The notes: generated from the sequence alone by a model not told the origin. Positions 51,751-62,847 are shown, counted from the stretch's first letter. The stretch is DNA of 64,000 nucleotides from an uncultured Nitrospinota bacterium (GCA_963707985.1 CAVPRW010000045.1:192001-256000), one strand, 5' to 3'. Made by a program: numbers and translations.

Positions 51751-53547
51751 ATGGATGGGCGTGCAGGACAAATGGCTAAGGCTCAGGGCTCCTCGGATGT
51801 TTTTAGATGGATGCTAGTCCTGCTCCTCATCGGCTGTTGGCGTGCAATGGTCTTGGGCGGAATCGCAGATGACGCCGCTCCCCCCGTCCCTCAACGCGCC
51901 AATGAGGCTCAGACTAGTGAGACGAAGGACAAAGTCTCTCCAGCTGCCTATTTTTTCTACATGGTAGGATATTACCACGAGCTTAGCCAGCGTTTTCCAG
52001 AAGCATTGGCGGCCTATCGGCTAGCGCGAGACTACGATCCTGACTCTCTGGTTCTGATTACCAGCCTAGTCTCTGTTATGGGGAGAAGTGGTGATGTGCG
52101 GGGTGCCATCGCCCTCGCGGAGCAGGCTATTCAGAAGCATCCTCAGGCCATTGCTCTGCGCATGCTCCTGGGCAATCTGTACTCGAGTAGCCGTGAGCGT
52201 CAGGCTGCCATCGTGCAATTTCAAGAGGCCCTCCAACTCGACCCGACGCTCGAGGATGCCTATTTAGCCCTCGGCACCCTCTACGAGGAAGAACGCAACT
52301 ACACGGCTGCCCGAACCCTCCTGGAATCACTTCTCGCGCGCCAGCCCGAATCGTTCCTGGGCTATTTCCAGCTGGCACGCATCATGGTTGAGTTGAAAGA
52401 TTACGTCACGGCTGAAGCGATGCTCCTGAAGGCCGTCTCGTTAAATCCAGACTTCGATCGCGCCTGGATCGCGCTAGGCGGCGTGTATGAAGCGCAAGGC
52501 AAAGATCAGGATGCAATCCAGCTCTATCAGGAGGCTCTGAAAGCCAATCCCATCAATAATGAATTGCGCATACGTCTCGGCCAAGTATTTATTAGGCGCG
52601 AAAACCTCCCTGCCGCGCTCCATGAGTATGAGGTTATGCGCAAGGTCGACCCGGATAACCTGTGGCTACGCACTCGTATCGGCCTGATCCTGCTCGAACA
52701 ACGCGAACCACAGAAAGCCCTCCCGGAGTTTGAGGGCATTATAGCCGCACATCCGGACGATCTTATGAGTCGTTTTTATCTGGCCCTGACCTATACTGAA
52801 TTAGGGCAACAAGATCGCGCCCTTGAGCTACTCGACCAGATTCGAGAAGCTAACCCCACCGATGTTGATCTGCTCTTACGGTTGGCTCAACTCTATGAAA
52901 AGCTCGATCGTTCGATCTATACCCTACAATTGCTCGAACGAGCGCTGGCGCAAGACCCTGACAATCCTCGTGTCAATTTTTCGATCGGCTTACTTCAATC
53001 TGGAGCGAAACGTTATCCGGAAGCGATTGAGGCACTGAAACGTGCTGTGGCACTGGACCAAACGAACGATCGCTATTATTTCAATCTGGGAGCTGCGTAT
53101 GAGCGCTTGGGAGACTTCGATAACGCCGTGATGGCCATGCGCAAAGCCATCGAATTGAATCCGCAAGGAGCAAATGCCCTGAATTATCTAGGCTACATGT
53201 ATGCTGACCGAGGCATCAATCTGGACGAATCTATCGAGCTGGTACGGCGAGCACTGGTGTTTGAGCCGGAGAATGGTTATTATATCGATAGCCTAGGATG
53301 GGCATATTTCAAAAAGGGTATGCTAAACGAGGCCATGCAGGAATTGAAACGCGCGGTAGCTGTGGTCCCTGATGACCCAGTCATTATCGAACATTTAGGT
53401 GACATTTACTTCGACCTCAAAATGTTCCGCGAAGCCCAAGAGGCATGGGAACGATCCCTGCAGTTGCAGCCTGAAAACGAGGCGGTCGTTGGGAAGCTGC
53501 AGAAAGTCAAAGGCCTCCTAGAACATCGTATGCAAAGCCAGCAATGA
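51751..53547 (+). CDS. Tetratricopeptide repeat protein (exported)
   Basis: Signal-like N-terminus, many TPRs, and conserved ALNYLGYMYAD and YIDSLGWAYF motifs. Confidence 0.9.
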   Translation: MDGRAGQMAKAQGSSDVFRWMLVLLLIGCWRAMVLGGIADDAAPPVPQRANEAQTSETKDKVSPAAYFFYMVGYYHELSQRFPEALAAYRLARDYDPDSLVLITSLVSVMGRSGDVRGAIALAEQAIQKHPQAIALRMLLGNLYSSSRERQAAIVQFQEALQLDPTLEDAYLALGTLYEEERNYTAARTLLESLLARQPESFLGYFQLARIMVELKDYVTAEAMLLKAVSLNPDFDRAWIALGGVYEAQGKDQDAIQLYQEALKANPINNELRIRLGQVFIRRENLPAALHEYEVMRKVDPDNLWLRTRIGLILLEQREPQKALPEFEGIIAAHPDDLMSRFYLALTYTELGQQDRALELLDQIREANPTDVDLLLRLAQLYEKLDRSIYTLQLLERALAQDPDNPRVNFSIGLLQSGAKRYPEAIEALKRAVALDQTNDRYYFNLGAAYERLGDFDNAVMAMRKAIELNPQGANALNYLGYMYADRGINLDESIELVRRALVFEPENGYYIDSLGWAYFKKGMLNEAMQELKRAVAVVPDDPVIIEHLGDIYFDLKMFREAQEAWERSLQLQPENEAVVGKLQKVKGLLEHRMQSQQ

Positions 53548-54353
53548 TCTGCTGGCGAGTTGGTGGGCTGGCTTTCCTCCTGCTCATAGGTGTCGTCGCC
53601 TGTGCACCACGAGCCCCTTTACGCCAACCTCTCATCCTCTCCCCGACAAGCATGTCTCCGGAGGAGATTCTGGCGTTATTCGATCAACGCTGGCAGGTCG
53701 CAGAGTCTCTGCGAGCCCTTGCCCGTGTTACCGTCACCTCGAGCCAAGGGCGCTATAGCACACGGCAGACCTTCCTCTGGCGCCGTCCAACCCTGATACG
53801 TCTCGATACCCTCAGTCTTTTCGGCCAGCCAGTGATGAGTCTGGTCGCTGACTCGGTCCAGGCCTCTATCTACTATCCGGCAGAGGGGACGTTCTTCCAA
53901 GGCCCTGCGAGCGCGGGCACCTTCGAGCGCGTTATCGGCTTACCGCTGGAGGCGGCCGAGTTCGCACCGCTGTTGATGGGCTACATCCGCCCGGGACCTG
54001 GACAACAGGTTGCGACGACTTCTCTGCAAGTCGACGAAAGCTTGTTTCTCCTGCGCTTTCTTGATGCCGAAGGGGGGGTGATCCAGGATGCATGGGTCGA
54101 TCCCGAACACTTGCTACCCAAGCGAGTGCGCCGGTATACTGCAGGTGGTCATGCCGCAGTCGACATCGCATACAGTCAGATCAGACTCCTCGCGGAAACC
54201 TTCCCGGCTCCTCATGTGCTGGCGATTTGGCTCCCACATGTGGAAACAGAGGTCCGCATTCAGTTTCTGGCAGTGGATCTCAACCCGCCGCTTTCTCCCA
54301 CCGCGTTTCAGCTGACACCGCCGGAGGGGGGACTGATGCGTCCGCTGCCATGA
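53544..54353 (+). CDS. LolB-like/DUF4292-type lipoprotein
   Basis: Lipobox VVAC, RPTLIRLD.LSLFGQP and a beta-rich body, in the TPR-lolB-ispE position. Confidence 0.7.
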   Translation: MICWRVGGLAFLLLIGVVACAPRAPLRQPLILSPTSMSPEEILALFDQRWQVAESLRALARVTVTSSQGRYSTRQTFLWRRPTLIRLDTLSLFGQPVMSLVADSVQASIYYPAEGTFFQGPASAGTFERVIGLPLEAAEFAPLLMGYIRPGPGQQVATTSLQVDESLFLLRFLDAEGGVIQDAWVDPEHLLPKRVRRYTAGGHAAVDIAYSQIRLLAETFPAPHVLAIWLPHVETEVRIQFLAVDLNPPLSPTAFQLTPPEGGLMRPLP

Positions 54354-55264
54354 GTTGGGGGCCACACTTCATGCATGCTTTTCCAGCCCAGTTTGCCGCG
54401 CCGGCCAAGATCAATCTTGGGTTGCGCATTCTTGGCAAGCGGCCCGATGGCTATCATGCCGTTCAGACAATCCTGCAGATGCTCGACCTCTGCGATTGGC
54501 TCACCTTTTCCCCGAAGGATGCGGAGACTATTCGGCTCACTTGCATACCAGCGGTCCTTCCAACGGACGGGAGCAACCTCGTCGTTCGGGCCGCCAGGCT
54601 CTTGCAGCAAACATTTCATGTCAAACAAGGGGTGGAAATCACCCTCGAAAAGCGCATTCCAATCGCTGCAGGCCTGGGTGGTGGCAGCAGTGATGCCGCA
54701 ACTACCCTACTCGTCCTCAACCATGTGTGGCAGCTACACCACCCCAAGGTCGCCTTATATCCCTTAGCCACTCAGTTGGGAAGCGATGTGCCATTCTTCC
54801 TGGAGGGCCCGACAGCATATGCGTACGGCCGTGGGGAAGCCCTCTCACCCGTCGCGTCTCCGCCACCACTGATAGGGATCTTGGTGAACCCGGGGTTTGG
54901 TGTGTCAGCGGGCTGGGCTTATGGGCAATTCACGGGGCAATCATCAGCAACAGACCTGACAATACCCAGCATTCTCCAGGCGCTTGCAAACCGTGATTTG
55001 ACCCGACTGGCCGAGCTCATGGTCAATGACCTCCAACCAGGAGTAGCGAGAGCCCACCCCTTTATATGCCAGGCGCAAGCGGCTTTGCACACAGTGGGGG
55101 CATCGGTTACCTTCATGTCCGGGAGTGGTCCCACAGTCGGGGGCCTCTTCTCATCCGCCGTCGCCCTTTCATCAGCGGTTGCCTCGTTGCGCCGGCATTC
55201 GGGGTGGGCTGTCATCCCGTTTACAACGCTCTCCGAGAGCTCCTATCCTCAACTCCGATATTGA
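54350..55264 (+). CDS. ispE: 4-diphosphocytidyl-2-C-methyl-D-erythritol kinase
   Basis: APAKINLGL.ILGKRPDGYH, KRIPIAAGLGGGSSDAA, GSDVPFF and MSGSGPT. Confidence 0.95.
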   Translation: MSWGPHFMHAFPAQFAAPAKINLGLRILGKRPDGYHAVQTILQMLDLCDWLTFSPKDAETIRLTCIPAVLPTDGSNLVVRAARLLQQTFHVKQGVEITLEKRIPIAAGLGGGSSDAATTLLVLNHVWQLHHPKVALYPLATQLGSDVPFFLEGPTAYAYGRGEALSPVASPPPLIGILVNPGFGVSAGWAYGQFTGQSSATDLTIPSILQALANRDLTRLAELMVNDLQPGVARAHPFICQAQAALHTVGASVTFMSGSGPTVGGLFSSAVALSSAVASLRRHSGWAVIPFTTLSESSYPQLRY

Positions 55265-55289
55265 CATGTAGATCCAATCAGTTTATCCT
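55261..55289 (+). promoter_or_regulatory. Sigma70 promoter for tRNA-Gln
   Basis: TTGACA-17 nt-TATCCT, overlapping the ispE stop. Confidence 0.6.
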
Positions 55290-55339
55290 AGCCATGCTTC
55301 GGCAGCATGGGGCTGACCTTGGGGATAGTGTTCTGGAGG

Positions 55340-55411
55340 TGGGGAGTCGCCAAGTGGTAAGGCACGTGGCTTTGGACCACGCATTCGGAGGTTCGAATCC
55401 TCCCTCCCCAG
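55340..55411 (+). tRNA. tRNA-Gln (TTG)
   Basis: Cloverleaf: acceptor TGGGGAG/CTCCCCA, D arm GCC..GGC, anticodon stem CGTGG/CCACG with loop CTTTGGA, T arm GGAGG-TTCGAAT-CCTCC. CCA is not encoded. Confidence 0.96.
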
Positions 55412-55703
55412 CTATGCCTACCTGGACGGAACGAAATTGTACTGACTGAGACGCAGCCCGCTGCTCCCGCTTATGGCGGGATTGGGACTGAATACGTCGC
55501 TCATCCCCGCTCAGATACCTTGGAAAATCTCTTTCAGTTCATGTGAAGCCGCGAAGGGAACCTCTGTTGGCTGAACCGGGGCAAGAGAGCAGGTGGATTT
55601 GCAGTGATGCCGTCGAGGTGTTACCTCTGGTTAGCCGAGATGTCAAGCACTTCTGTGGACCTAAAGCTATGATGCTGGAGTAACGGGACTGGAGGAGCGT
55701 GGC

Positions 55704-56645
55704 ATGCCACAAGGATTGGCCATCTTTTCGGGGCGTGCAAGTCTGGCCCTTGCGTCGAAGGTGTGTTTGTATGTCGGAGTACAACCGGGCTGCATTGAAG
55801 TCTCGAACTTTAGCGATGGCGAAATTTATGTCCAGATTAAAGAAAACGTCCGCGGCCGGGATGTTTTTGTGATCCAGTCGACCTGCCCGCCGGTGAACGA
55901 GAGCCTGATGGAATTGCTCATCATGATTGACGCCTTGAAACGCTCTTCCGCACGCCGGATTACCGCAGTGATCCCCTACTTCGGCTATGCGCGCCAAGAT
56001 AAAAAAGACGCCCCTCGGGTCCCGATCTCAGCCAAGCTGGTGGCGGACCTCATCGATGCTGCGGGTGCGGACCGGGTGCTGGCCATGGACCTGCATACGG
56101 CGCAGTTGCAGGGATTTTTCGATATCCCGGTAGACAATCTGTTTGCCAGTCCGGTGCTCCTACAACACATCAAACAACGCCATGACCTCGAGCTCATGGT
56201 CGTCTCCCCCGACACCGGGGGTCTCGCCCGAGCACGGGCCTTTGCCCGATGGCTGGATGCGCCTCTAGGGATTATTGACAAACGACGTGAGAGTAAGAAC
56301 GTTGCCCAGGTGCTGCATATCATTGGCGATGTTGCTGGCCGTGACGTGTTGCTGCCCGACGATATGATCGATACTGCGGGAACCATTGTCAACGCCGCCG
56401 AGGCCGTCGTCAAGAACGGGGCCCGTAGCGTGATGGCCTGTTGCACGCATCCCGTCTTCTCCGGACCGGCCATCGATCGTATCATCACTTCACCTTTACG
56501 TGAAGTCATTGCCACGGATACGATTCCCTTGCGCGAAGAGGCGCAGAACTGCGAGAAGATCACGGCATTATCGGTGTCAGGGCTGCTTGGGGAAGCAATC
56601 CGGCGTATTCATAACGACGAGTCGGTGAGTTCGTTGTTCGAATAG
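55704..56645 (+). CDS. prs: Ribose-phosphate pyrophosphokinase
   Basis: FSDGEI, PYFGYARQD, VSPDTGG, DDMIDTAGT and SVSSLF. Confidence 0.97.
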   Translation: MPQGLAIFSGRASLALASKVCLYVGVQPGCIEVSNFSDGEIYVQIKENVRGRDVFVIQSTCPPVNESLMELLIMIDALKRSSARRITAVIPYFGYARQDKKDAPRVPISAKLVADLIDAAGADRVLAMDLHTAQLQGFFDIPVDNLFASPVLLQHIKQRHDLELMVVSPDTGGLARARAFARWLDAPLGIIDKRRESKNVAQVLHIIGDVAGRDVLLPDDMIDTAGTIVNAAEAVVKNGARSVMACCTHPVFSGPAIDRIITSPLREVIATDTIPLREEAQNCEKITALSVSGLLGEAIRRIHNDESVSSLFE

Positions 56646-56665
56646 GAGAAGTGAGGAGATTTCTT

Positions 56666-57292
56666 ATGGAAGCACCGATATTACAGGCTTTACGACGGAA
56701 CCGGTCAGGAAAGGGAGTGGCCCGTAAAATTCGCGCGCAAGGGATGATACCTGGCGTGCTCTACGGCGGTGGCGAGAACATCCCCCTGACGCTGAAGCCG
56801 CAGGAACTGTTAAAAATCCTCACCTCTGGAGAAAACACCATCTTTCAGCTCGAAATCGACGGCGAGCTGGGAGGAGATCGACAAGCTATCGTGCGTGACT
56901 TGCAACGTGACCCTTTGAAAGATACGCTCCTTCACGCCGATTTGTATCGCATTTCGATGGACGTGGAGATCACTGTCTCAGTGCCCATTGTGTTGCAGGG
57001 CATGTCCCGCGAGGTGAGCGATGTCGGCGGCATGATCAATCAACTCCTGCATGAGATCGAGATTCAGTGTCTGCCCAGCCTCATTCCGCACGAGTTGACC
57101 ATCGACGTTGCCCACTTGGGAATTGGCGAAGTTCTCCATGTGCGCGATTTACCAGTCCTGCAGGGGATTCAAGTTTTGGCCGCCTCCGATGAGGTGGTGG
57201 CGTCTGTCAGCGTCCGTGGTGAGGAGGTCGCCGCCGGAATGCCATCTGCGCCCGAAGGCCCGGCGTCCGCAGCCGAGACGGAAGAAAACTGA
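56666..57292 (+). CDS. rplY: 50S ribosomal protein L25/Ctc
   Basis: GKGVARKIR..G.IPGVLYG, QRDP...LLHADL, and a Ctc C-terminal domain. Confidence 0.95.
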   Translation: MEAPILQALRRNRSGKGVARKIRAQGMIPGVLYGGGENIPLTLKPQELLKILTSGENTIFQLEIDGELGGDRQAIVRDLQRDPLKDTLLHADLYRISMDVEITVSVPIVLQGMSREVSDVGGMINQLLHEIEIQCLPSLIPHELTIDVAHLGIGEVLHVRDLPVLQGIQVLAASDEVVASVSVRGEEVAAGMPSAPEGPASAAETEEN

Positions 57293-57318
57293 GAGGGTAG
57301 GTATCGCGGTGAACCAAG

Positions 57319-57849
57319 GTGAAACTGATCGTGGGATTGGGCAACCCGGGCTCGCGCTATGCTGACACCCGCCATAATGTTGGCTTCCAGGTAATCGACA
57401 GCCTGGGGGCAGCTCATCATATCATCTTACAGAACCATCTTCCGACGGCGATGTATGGGGAGGGCACGATCGAAGCGCAAGCGGTCGTGCTGGCCTTGCC
57501 TCTGACCTATATGAATGCCAACGGCAAGGCAGTAGTCGACCTGTGTGCGCATTTCTCGATACTTCCGAATGATCTGATCGTTATCCACGACGATCTTGAC
57601 CTGCCTCTCGGCCGTATCAAACTCAAACTAAAAGGGGGCGACGCTGGGCACCATGGTGTGCAGTCGGTTATCGAACATCTGGGAACGGGAGAGTTCCTCA
57701 GAATTCGTGTCGGGGTTGGACGTCCCGCTAGCAGGGAGGAGATTGTTGCATACGTGCTCAGCCCCTTCATGCCTGATGAACTCCCACTGCTTCATGATGC
57801 AGTGGCCACTGCTGAGGAGAAAATCCTCAACGTTTTGCGATTGGGCTAA
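57319..57849 (+). CDS. pth: Peptidyl-tRNA hydrolase
   Basis: LIVGLGNPG..Y..TRHNVGF, TYMN, HDDLD and GHHG. Confidence 0.96.
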   Translation: MKLIVGLGNPGSRYADTRHNVGFQVIDSLGAAHHIILQNHLPTAMYGEGTIEAQAVVLALPLTYMNANGKAVVDLCAHFSILPNDLIVIHDDLDLPLGRIKLKLKGGDAGHHGVQSVIEHLGTGEFLRIRVGVGRPASREEIVAYVLSPFMPDELPLLHDAVATAEEKILNVLRLG

Positions 57850-57861
57850 AGGTCCAGCGAG

Positions 57862-59898
57862 ATGGAGCGTGCAGCCGTGACCGACAATCTTTGGGCTCTG
57901 TTGATGTGGGCACCGATCCTCGGCGCTCTTGGCCTTATCGTGGCTGGGGGGATCTACCTGTATATCCTACGCCAACCCTCGGGGAGCGGGGAGATGCAGG
58001 AGATTGCCACGGCTATTCACGAAGGGGCTATGGTGTTTCTGATGCGTGAATACCAGATTCTGGCGGTTTTTGTGCTGGTGGTATTCGCGTTGCTTGGCTG
58101 GTTCATTAACGGCTCCACAGCCATGGCGTTTCTGGCCGGAGCGGCGTGCTCGATGCTGGCGGGCTATTTCGGCATGGAGGCGGCAACTCGAGCGAATGTG
58201 CGCACGGCTCAGGCTGCCAACCAACACGGCGAGGCACAGGCGCTCATGATAGCCTTCTATGGCGGTGCCGTGATGGGGCTGTCGGTGGCGAGCCTCGGAC
58301 TGATAGGCATTGGCTATTTTTTCCTGCGCTATGCCATGGTTGACCCGGCCGTGATCAGTGGTTTCGCCATGGGCGCGAGTTCCATTGCCCTGTTCGCGCG
58401 CGTGGGTGGAGGCATCTTTACGAAGAGCGCCGACGTCGGAAGCGATCTGGTCGGCAAGCTTGAAGCGGGGATCCCCGAAGATGATCCACGCAATCCTGGG
58501 GTGATTGCTGATAATGTCGGCGATAACGTCGGGGATGTCGCCGGCATGGGCGCCGATATCTTTGAGTCCTATGTGGGGGCGGTCATCGCCACCATCGCCA
58601 TTGGGGCAACGGCAGCGCTGGCGGCAGCCGCACCACTCAAATGGATGGCCCTACCCCTCATCATTGCGATGGCAGGTCTGGTGGCGTCGATGGTCGGGAT
58701 CTTCTCGATTCGGGTACTGCAACGCTATACGCCACAGGCGGCACTGCGCTACTCCACCTTCATCGCCGCCGGGCTCTTCCTGATCGCGGCACTGATGATC
58801 TGCCTCGCGATGGGTCTCGAAGGCAGCCTGATGAGTGGCGCCCCGGTGAGCGGTTTTGGTGTGTTCTTAGCCATCTTCTCGGGGACGGCAGTGGGGATTT
58901 TGATCGGCCTCTTCACAGAGTATTACACGAGTGCCGGCCCGATCTTAAAAATCGCCGAATCGTCGCGGACTGGCCCGGCCACCAACATTATCACCGGCTT
59001 TGCGGTCGGGCTTGAGAGCACCGTGTTGCCCATCCTCGCGATTGTTGCCGCCATCCTCATTGCTGCTCATGTCGCCGGGGTGTATGGCATCGGCATCTCA
59101 GCCGTCGGCATGCTGGCGACGGTCGGGATTACCATGTCCGTCGACGCCTATGGGCCGATCGCTGATAACGCGGGAGGGATCTCCGAGATGGCGGGTCTGG
59201 GGGAGGAGACACGGCGCATTACCGATGGCCTAGACGCCCTCGGAAACACCACGGCTGCTATGGGCAAGGGCTTCGCCATTGGTTCAGCAGCGCTGACGGC
59301 ACTAGCGCTCTACAGCGCGTATACCCAAGCGGTTGGTCTGCGGGTCATCGATCTCACCGAGGCCTATGTTGTCGCCGGAACCTTCATTGGAGGGATCATT
59401 CCATTCTTCATCGCGGCCCTGACCATGACTTCAGTCGGCAAGGCCGCGTATGAGATGGTGAACGAGATTCGCCGCCAGTTCAAAGAGATTCCCGGCCTGA
59501 TGGAAGGTAAAACCAAACCCGATTCCGCCCGCTGCGTGGCCATCAGCACTACCGCTGCGCTGAAAGAGATGATCGCCCCCGGCCTCACCGCGGTGTCGGC
59601 GCCGCCGATTGTTGGTTTCCTGCTGGGGAAGGAGGCACTTGGCGGCATGTTAGCCGGAGCGACGCTCTCCGGCGTCTTGCTAGCTCTGCTCATGGCAAAT
59701 GCCGGTGGCGCTTGGGATAACGCGAAGAAACACATCGAGCAGGGTCATCTCGGCGGTAAGCGATCAGAGACACATATGGCAGCCGTGGTCGGCGATACTG
59801 TCGGCGATCCCTTCAAGGATACCTCAGGGCCGTCAATGAATATTCTGATTAAGCTCATGGCCGTGGTTTCACTCGTCCTGGCTCCTCTCCTAAGCTAA
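57862..59898 (+). CDS. hppA: Membrane-integral pyrophosphatase, K+-dependent, probably Na+-translocating
   Basis: [47 protein letters not shown] and [10 protein letters not shown]. Confidence 0.95.
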   Translation: MERAAVTDNLWALLMWAPILGALGLIVAGGIYLYILRQPSGSGEMQEIATAIHEGAMVFLMREYQILAVFVLVVFALLGWFINGSTAMAFLAGAACSMLAGYFGMEAATRANVRTAQAANQHGEAQALMIAFYGGAVMGLSVASLGLIGIGYFFLRYAMVDPAVISGFAMGASSIALFARVGGGIFTKSADVGSDLVGKLEAGIPEDDPRNPGVIADNVGDNVGDVAGMGADIFESYVGAVIATIAIGATAALAAAAPLKWMALPLIIAMAGLVASMVGIFSIRVLQRYTPQAALRYSTFIAAGLFLIAALMICLAMGLEGSLMSGAPVSGFGVFLAIFSGTAVGILIGLFTEYYTSAGPILKIAESSRTGPATNIITGFAVGLESTVLPILAIVAAILIAAHVAGVYGIGISAVGMLATVGITMSVDAYGPIADNAGGISEMAGLGEETRRITDGLDALGNTTAAMGKGFAIGSAALTALALYSAYTQAVGLRVIDLTEAYVVAGTFIGGIIPFFIAALTMTSVGKAAYEMVNEIRRQFKEIPGLMEGKTKPDSARCVAISTTAALKEMIAPGLTAVSAPPIVGFLLGKEALGGMLAGATLSGVLLALLMANAGGAWDNAKKHIEQGHLGGKRSETHMAAVVGDTVGDPFKDTSGPSMNILIKLMAVVSLVLAPLLS

Positions 59899-60249
59899 AC
59901 GCGTTCCCCTCATGGTTGTGTGAATTGACGGATCTGAGGACTATCACCGAGCTGAGCCTCGTCCCCGCCCTATCAGGTAGGATAGGCGGGTCCCCTTCAG
60001 AAGTGTTACCCCGGCAGAGGTCAGTGCTGGCTCACCACATACAAACTGGAGATGGAGAGTTGTGTGTAGGATCAGTCGTCTGCGCAACGCATCAAGCTGT
60101 TGCCACACCACTTGAGATGCGTCGTAGACCGCGATGCAAGGAATCAGATACGCCGTCAAGGCTTGATTTTATCTCGCATCTATGGTACGTTGCGGCCCAT
60201 AGGTACGCCATGGGCAGGTGGGTGTGAACCACAAGGGGGTATGGCATAG

Positions 60250-60633
60250 ATGCCACTGTATGAAACGATTTTCATCATCCATCCGGAGCTGAATGAAGAG
60301 GATGTCGAGGACCATATCAAGCGGGTTGAGAATCTGATCACCCGCTTCGGTGGTGAGATCCTAAAGACCGAGCGTTGGGGTAAAAAGCGCCTGGCTTACG
60401 AGATCGACAAGCATCGGTATGGGTTTTATGTGCTCCTGCGACTGCAGGGTAATTCCGCTATCCTGCCGGAGTTAGAGCGACATTATCGCCTCACAGAGGG
60501 GATCATCAAGTCACTGGTCATTCGCCTACATGCGGAACCAAAGGAGGAGGCGGTACTGGTGGCCCACGAGGGGTCGGGTGATGAGGATGAGCACTCGCCG
60601 CAGGATGACGAAGAGGATGAGGAGGGCCGCTGA
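60250..60633 (+). CDS. rpsF: 30S ribosomal protein S6
   Basis: YETIFIIHP, WGKKRLAYEI and an acidic tail. Confidence 0.96.
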   Translation: MPLYETIFIIHPELNEEDVEDHIKRVENLITRFGGEILKTERWGKKRLAYEIDKHRYGFYVLLRLQGNSAILPELERHYRLTEGIIKSLVIRLHAEPKEEAVLVAHEGSGDEDEHSPQDDEEDEEGR

Positions 60634-61040
60634 TGGCCAGCTTGAATAATGTCGTGCTCCTGGGCAATTTAACTCGAGATCCTGAGGTGCGTTACACTCC
60701 GTCTGGGACTCCGGTGGCAACCCTGGGTCTGGCAGTGAACAATCGGATGAAACAAGGCGATGAGTGGAAAGATGATCCTTGCTTCATCGATGTCGTGGTG
60801 TTTGGAAAGCAGGCTGAAAGCTGTGGGGAGTATCTCAGTAAGGGACAGCCAATACTCGTCGAAGGCCGTCTCCGCTATCGTACCTGGGAGGGGCAGGACG
60901 GGCAAAAGCGCAGCAAGCACGAAATTTCAGCCTTTCGCGTCCAATTCATGCCCAAAGGCGGTCGCGCACCGGGAAGTGGGGGATTCGCCGGCGATATGAG
61001 CGAAGGCGAGCCGATGGACGATGATGATGTACCCTTCTAG
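60633..61040 (+). CDS. ssb: Single-stranded DNA-binding protein
   Basis: LNNVVLLGNLTRDPEVRYT, VEGRL and C-terminal DDDVPF. Confidence 0.97.
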   Translation: MASLNNVVLLGNLTRDPEVRYTPSGTPVATLGLAVNNRMKQGDEWKDDPCFIDVVVFGKQAESCGEYLSKGQPILVEGRLRYRTWEGQDGQKRSKHEISAFRVQFMPKGGRAPGSGGFAGDMSEGEPMDDDDVPF

Positions 61041-61110
61041 AAACATCCATTAGCTCTAGGTATAATCGACCACGCATCACGCGCCGTCGGGCGCAGGAGG
61101 CGACGACAGG

Positions 61111-61341
61111 GTGGCAACGAAAAGGCGTTTTCCACGGAAAAAGATCTGCCGTTTCTGTTCAGATAAGATTGCGGATATTGACTATAAAGATATTAAACGG
61201 TTGCGGAACTTGATCACCGAGCGCGGAAAAATCATTCCACGCCGCATCTCCGGTAATTGTGCTCGACACCAACGCCAGCTTGGCACTGCTATTAAGCGCG
61301 CCCGCAACATCGCGCTCATGCCATTCACAGCCGAGCGCTGA
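61111..61341 (+). CDS. rpsR: 30S ribosomal protein S18 (zinc-binding type)
   Basis: [28 protein letters not shown] and KRAR. Confidence 0.97.
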   Translation: MATKRRFPRKKICRFCSDKIADIDYKDIKRLRNLITERGKIIPRRISGNCARHQRQLGTAIKRARNIALMPFTAER

Positions 61342-61453
61342 GAGTCCGCGCATACGGGCGGCAGCGGTCCCGGCCGGCTTCCCCAACTTGCACAGTCGAC
61401 ATACCCCCGACGCATTGGCACGCTGATGACTGACGGCGCAGAGGAAGGGATCG

Positions 61454-62404
61454 ATGGGCGGTTCATTCTCTGGGACACGAATGAGTGTTCAGGTGCTGAT
61501 GCTGGCGGCCTTTACGGTGACACTATTTGCCGCGGCCCGGTTCGTACCAGTGCTGGGCCTCTTGGTTAGCCTGTTAGCCCCCACCCCGATTCTTCTGGTG
61601 ACACTTCGACATGGTTTCGGCACAGGGTTACTCGTACTCGGTCTGTCAACCTTGTCCATCGCCGTGCTTTTTGGAAACCTTCAGAGCACAATATTTCTGG
61701 CTGAATACGGCATTATGGCGCTAGTGATGTCCGAGGCCATTAAACGTCAATGGTCTGTTGAGAGGACCATTCTAGCATCTACAGCCTTGCCGGCGGTGGC
61801 TAGTGGCGCGTTGATTGCCCTGCTGATCTCATCCCTCGACCTCAGCGCCGTAAAGCAACACTTTGAGGAGGATCTCAGTCAAGCGCTACGCCAGGTGTTG
61901 AGCGATGGAGGAGGGCTGAGCGCTGATGCCCTGCGTGCCTACGTTCAGGAGGTATTGGGGATGGTTGTGCAGCTGCTTCCTGCACTGTTCGTACTCAGTA
62001 CGGCAGCGGGAGCCCTGCTCAACTATAGCGTGGTGCGCCTCTTATGGAGCCGTCTGGGCCACCGGCCACCGCTGTCGACGATAACGCTCGCACAGTGGAA
62101 GGCTCCGGAAGTCTGCGTCTGGGTGTTGATCGCCAGCGGTATCAGCTCTTTTATGCCGCTTCCGAGCATGCAGATCGGAGGACTGAATGTGCTGTTGCTG
62201 GTCAGCCTTGTCTATCTGGTCCAGGGGCTCGGCGTCATGGTGTTCTATTTGAATCGAGCCGCGGTGCCGCCCATATGGCGCAGCCTGACTTATATCTTTT
62301 TGGTGATCCAGCCCTTGTTTCTGCTGGGGGTGGCAGCGTTTGGACTTTTCGATCTGTGGTTTGATTTTCGACGTATAGGCAACAAACAGGAGGAAACACC
62401 ATGA
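61454..62404 (+). CDS. YybS/DUF2232 family membrane protein
   Basis: Multi-TM protein with YLVQGL and GLFDLWFDFRR motifs, in the rpsR-rplI position. Confidence 0.85.
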   Translation: MGGSFSGTRMSVQVLMLAAFTVTLFAAARFVPVLGLLVSLLAPTPILLVTLRHGFGTGLLVLGLSTLSIAVLFGNLQSTIFLAEYGIMALVMSEAIKRQWSVERTILASTALPAVASGALIALLISSLDLSAVKQHFEEDLSQALRQVLSDGGGLSADALRAYVQEVLGMVVQLLPALFVLSTAAGALLNYSVVRLLWSRLGHRPPLSTITLAQWKAPEVCVWVLIASGISSFMPLPSMQIGGLNVLLLVSLVYLVQGLGVMVFYLNRAAVPPIWRSLTYIFLVIQPLFLLGVAAFGLFDLWFDFRRIGNKQEETP

Positions 62405-62847
62405 AGGTGATTCTCACCGCCGATCTGCCGAATGTCGGGGATGTCGGTCAGGTTGTCGATGTGGCCAACGGTTTCGGACGCAATTACCTTATTCCACGTG
62501 GTTTTGCAATTCTTGCCACGCCGGGGAACGAACGCAGCCTGGCCCAGCAACAAAAAGCACGGCTAGCTCAAGAGGCCAAAAACAAAGCCGAAGCTGAGGC
62601 GCTAGCGACGCAGCTGCAGGCCCTGCTGCTCAGCATCGCCAAGAAAACTGGAGAAGGGGAGCGCCTCTATGGCTCTGTCACCTCCATGGACATCGCTGAC
62701 CTCATCAAAGCACGCGGCATCGCGCTCGATCGGCGTCGCATCATGCTCGAGACTCCCCTGAAAACCTTAGGCAAGCACAAGGTGCCAATCCGCCTGCATC
62801 CCGACGTAGTCGCTGAGGTCGAAGTGGCTGTGACCAAGGAATCGTAA
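62401..62847 (+). CDS. rplI: 50S ribosomal protein L9
   Basis: MKVIL..D...G..G.VV.V..GFGRNYLIPRG, LYGSVT and LHPDV. Confidence 0.96.
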   Translation: MKVILTADLPNVGDVGQVVDVANGFGRNYLIPRGFAILATPGNERSLAQQQKARLAQEAKNKAEAEALATQLQALLLSIAKKTGEGERLYGSVTSMDIADLIKARGIALDRRRIMLETPLKTLGKHKVPIRLHPDVVAEVEVAVTKES

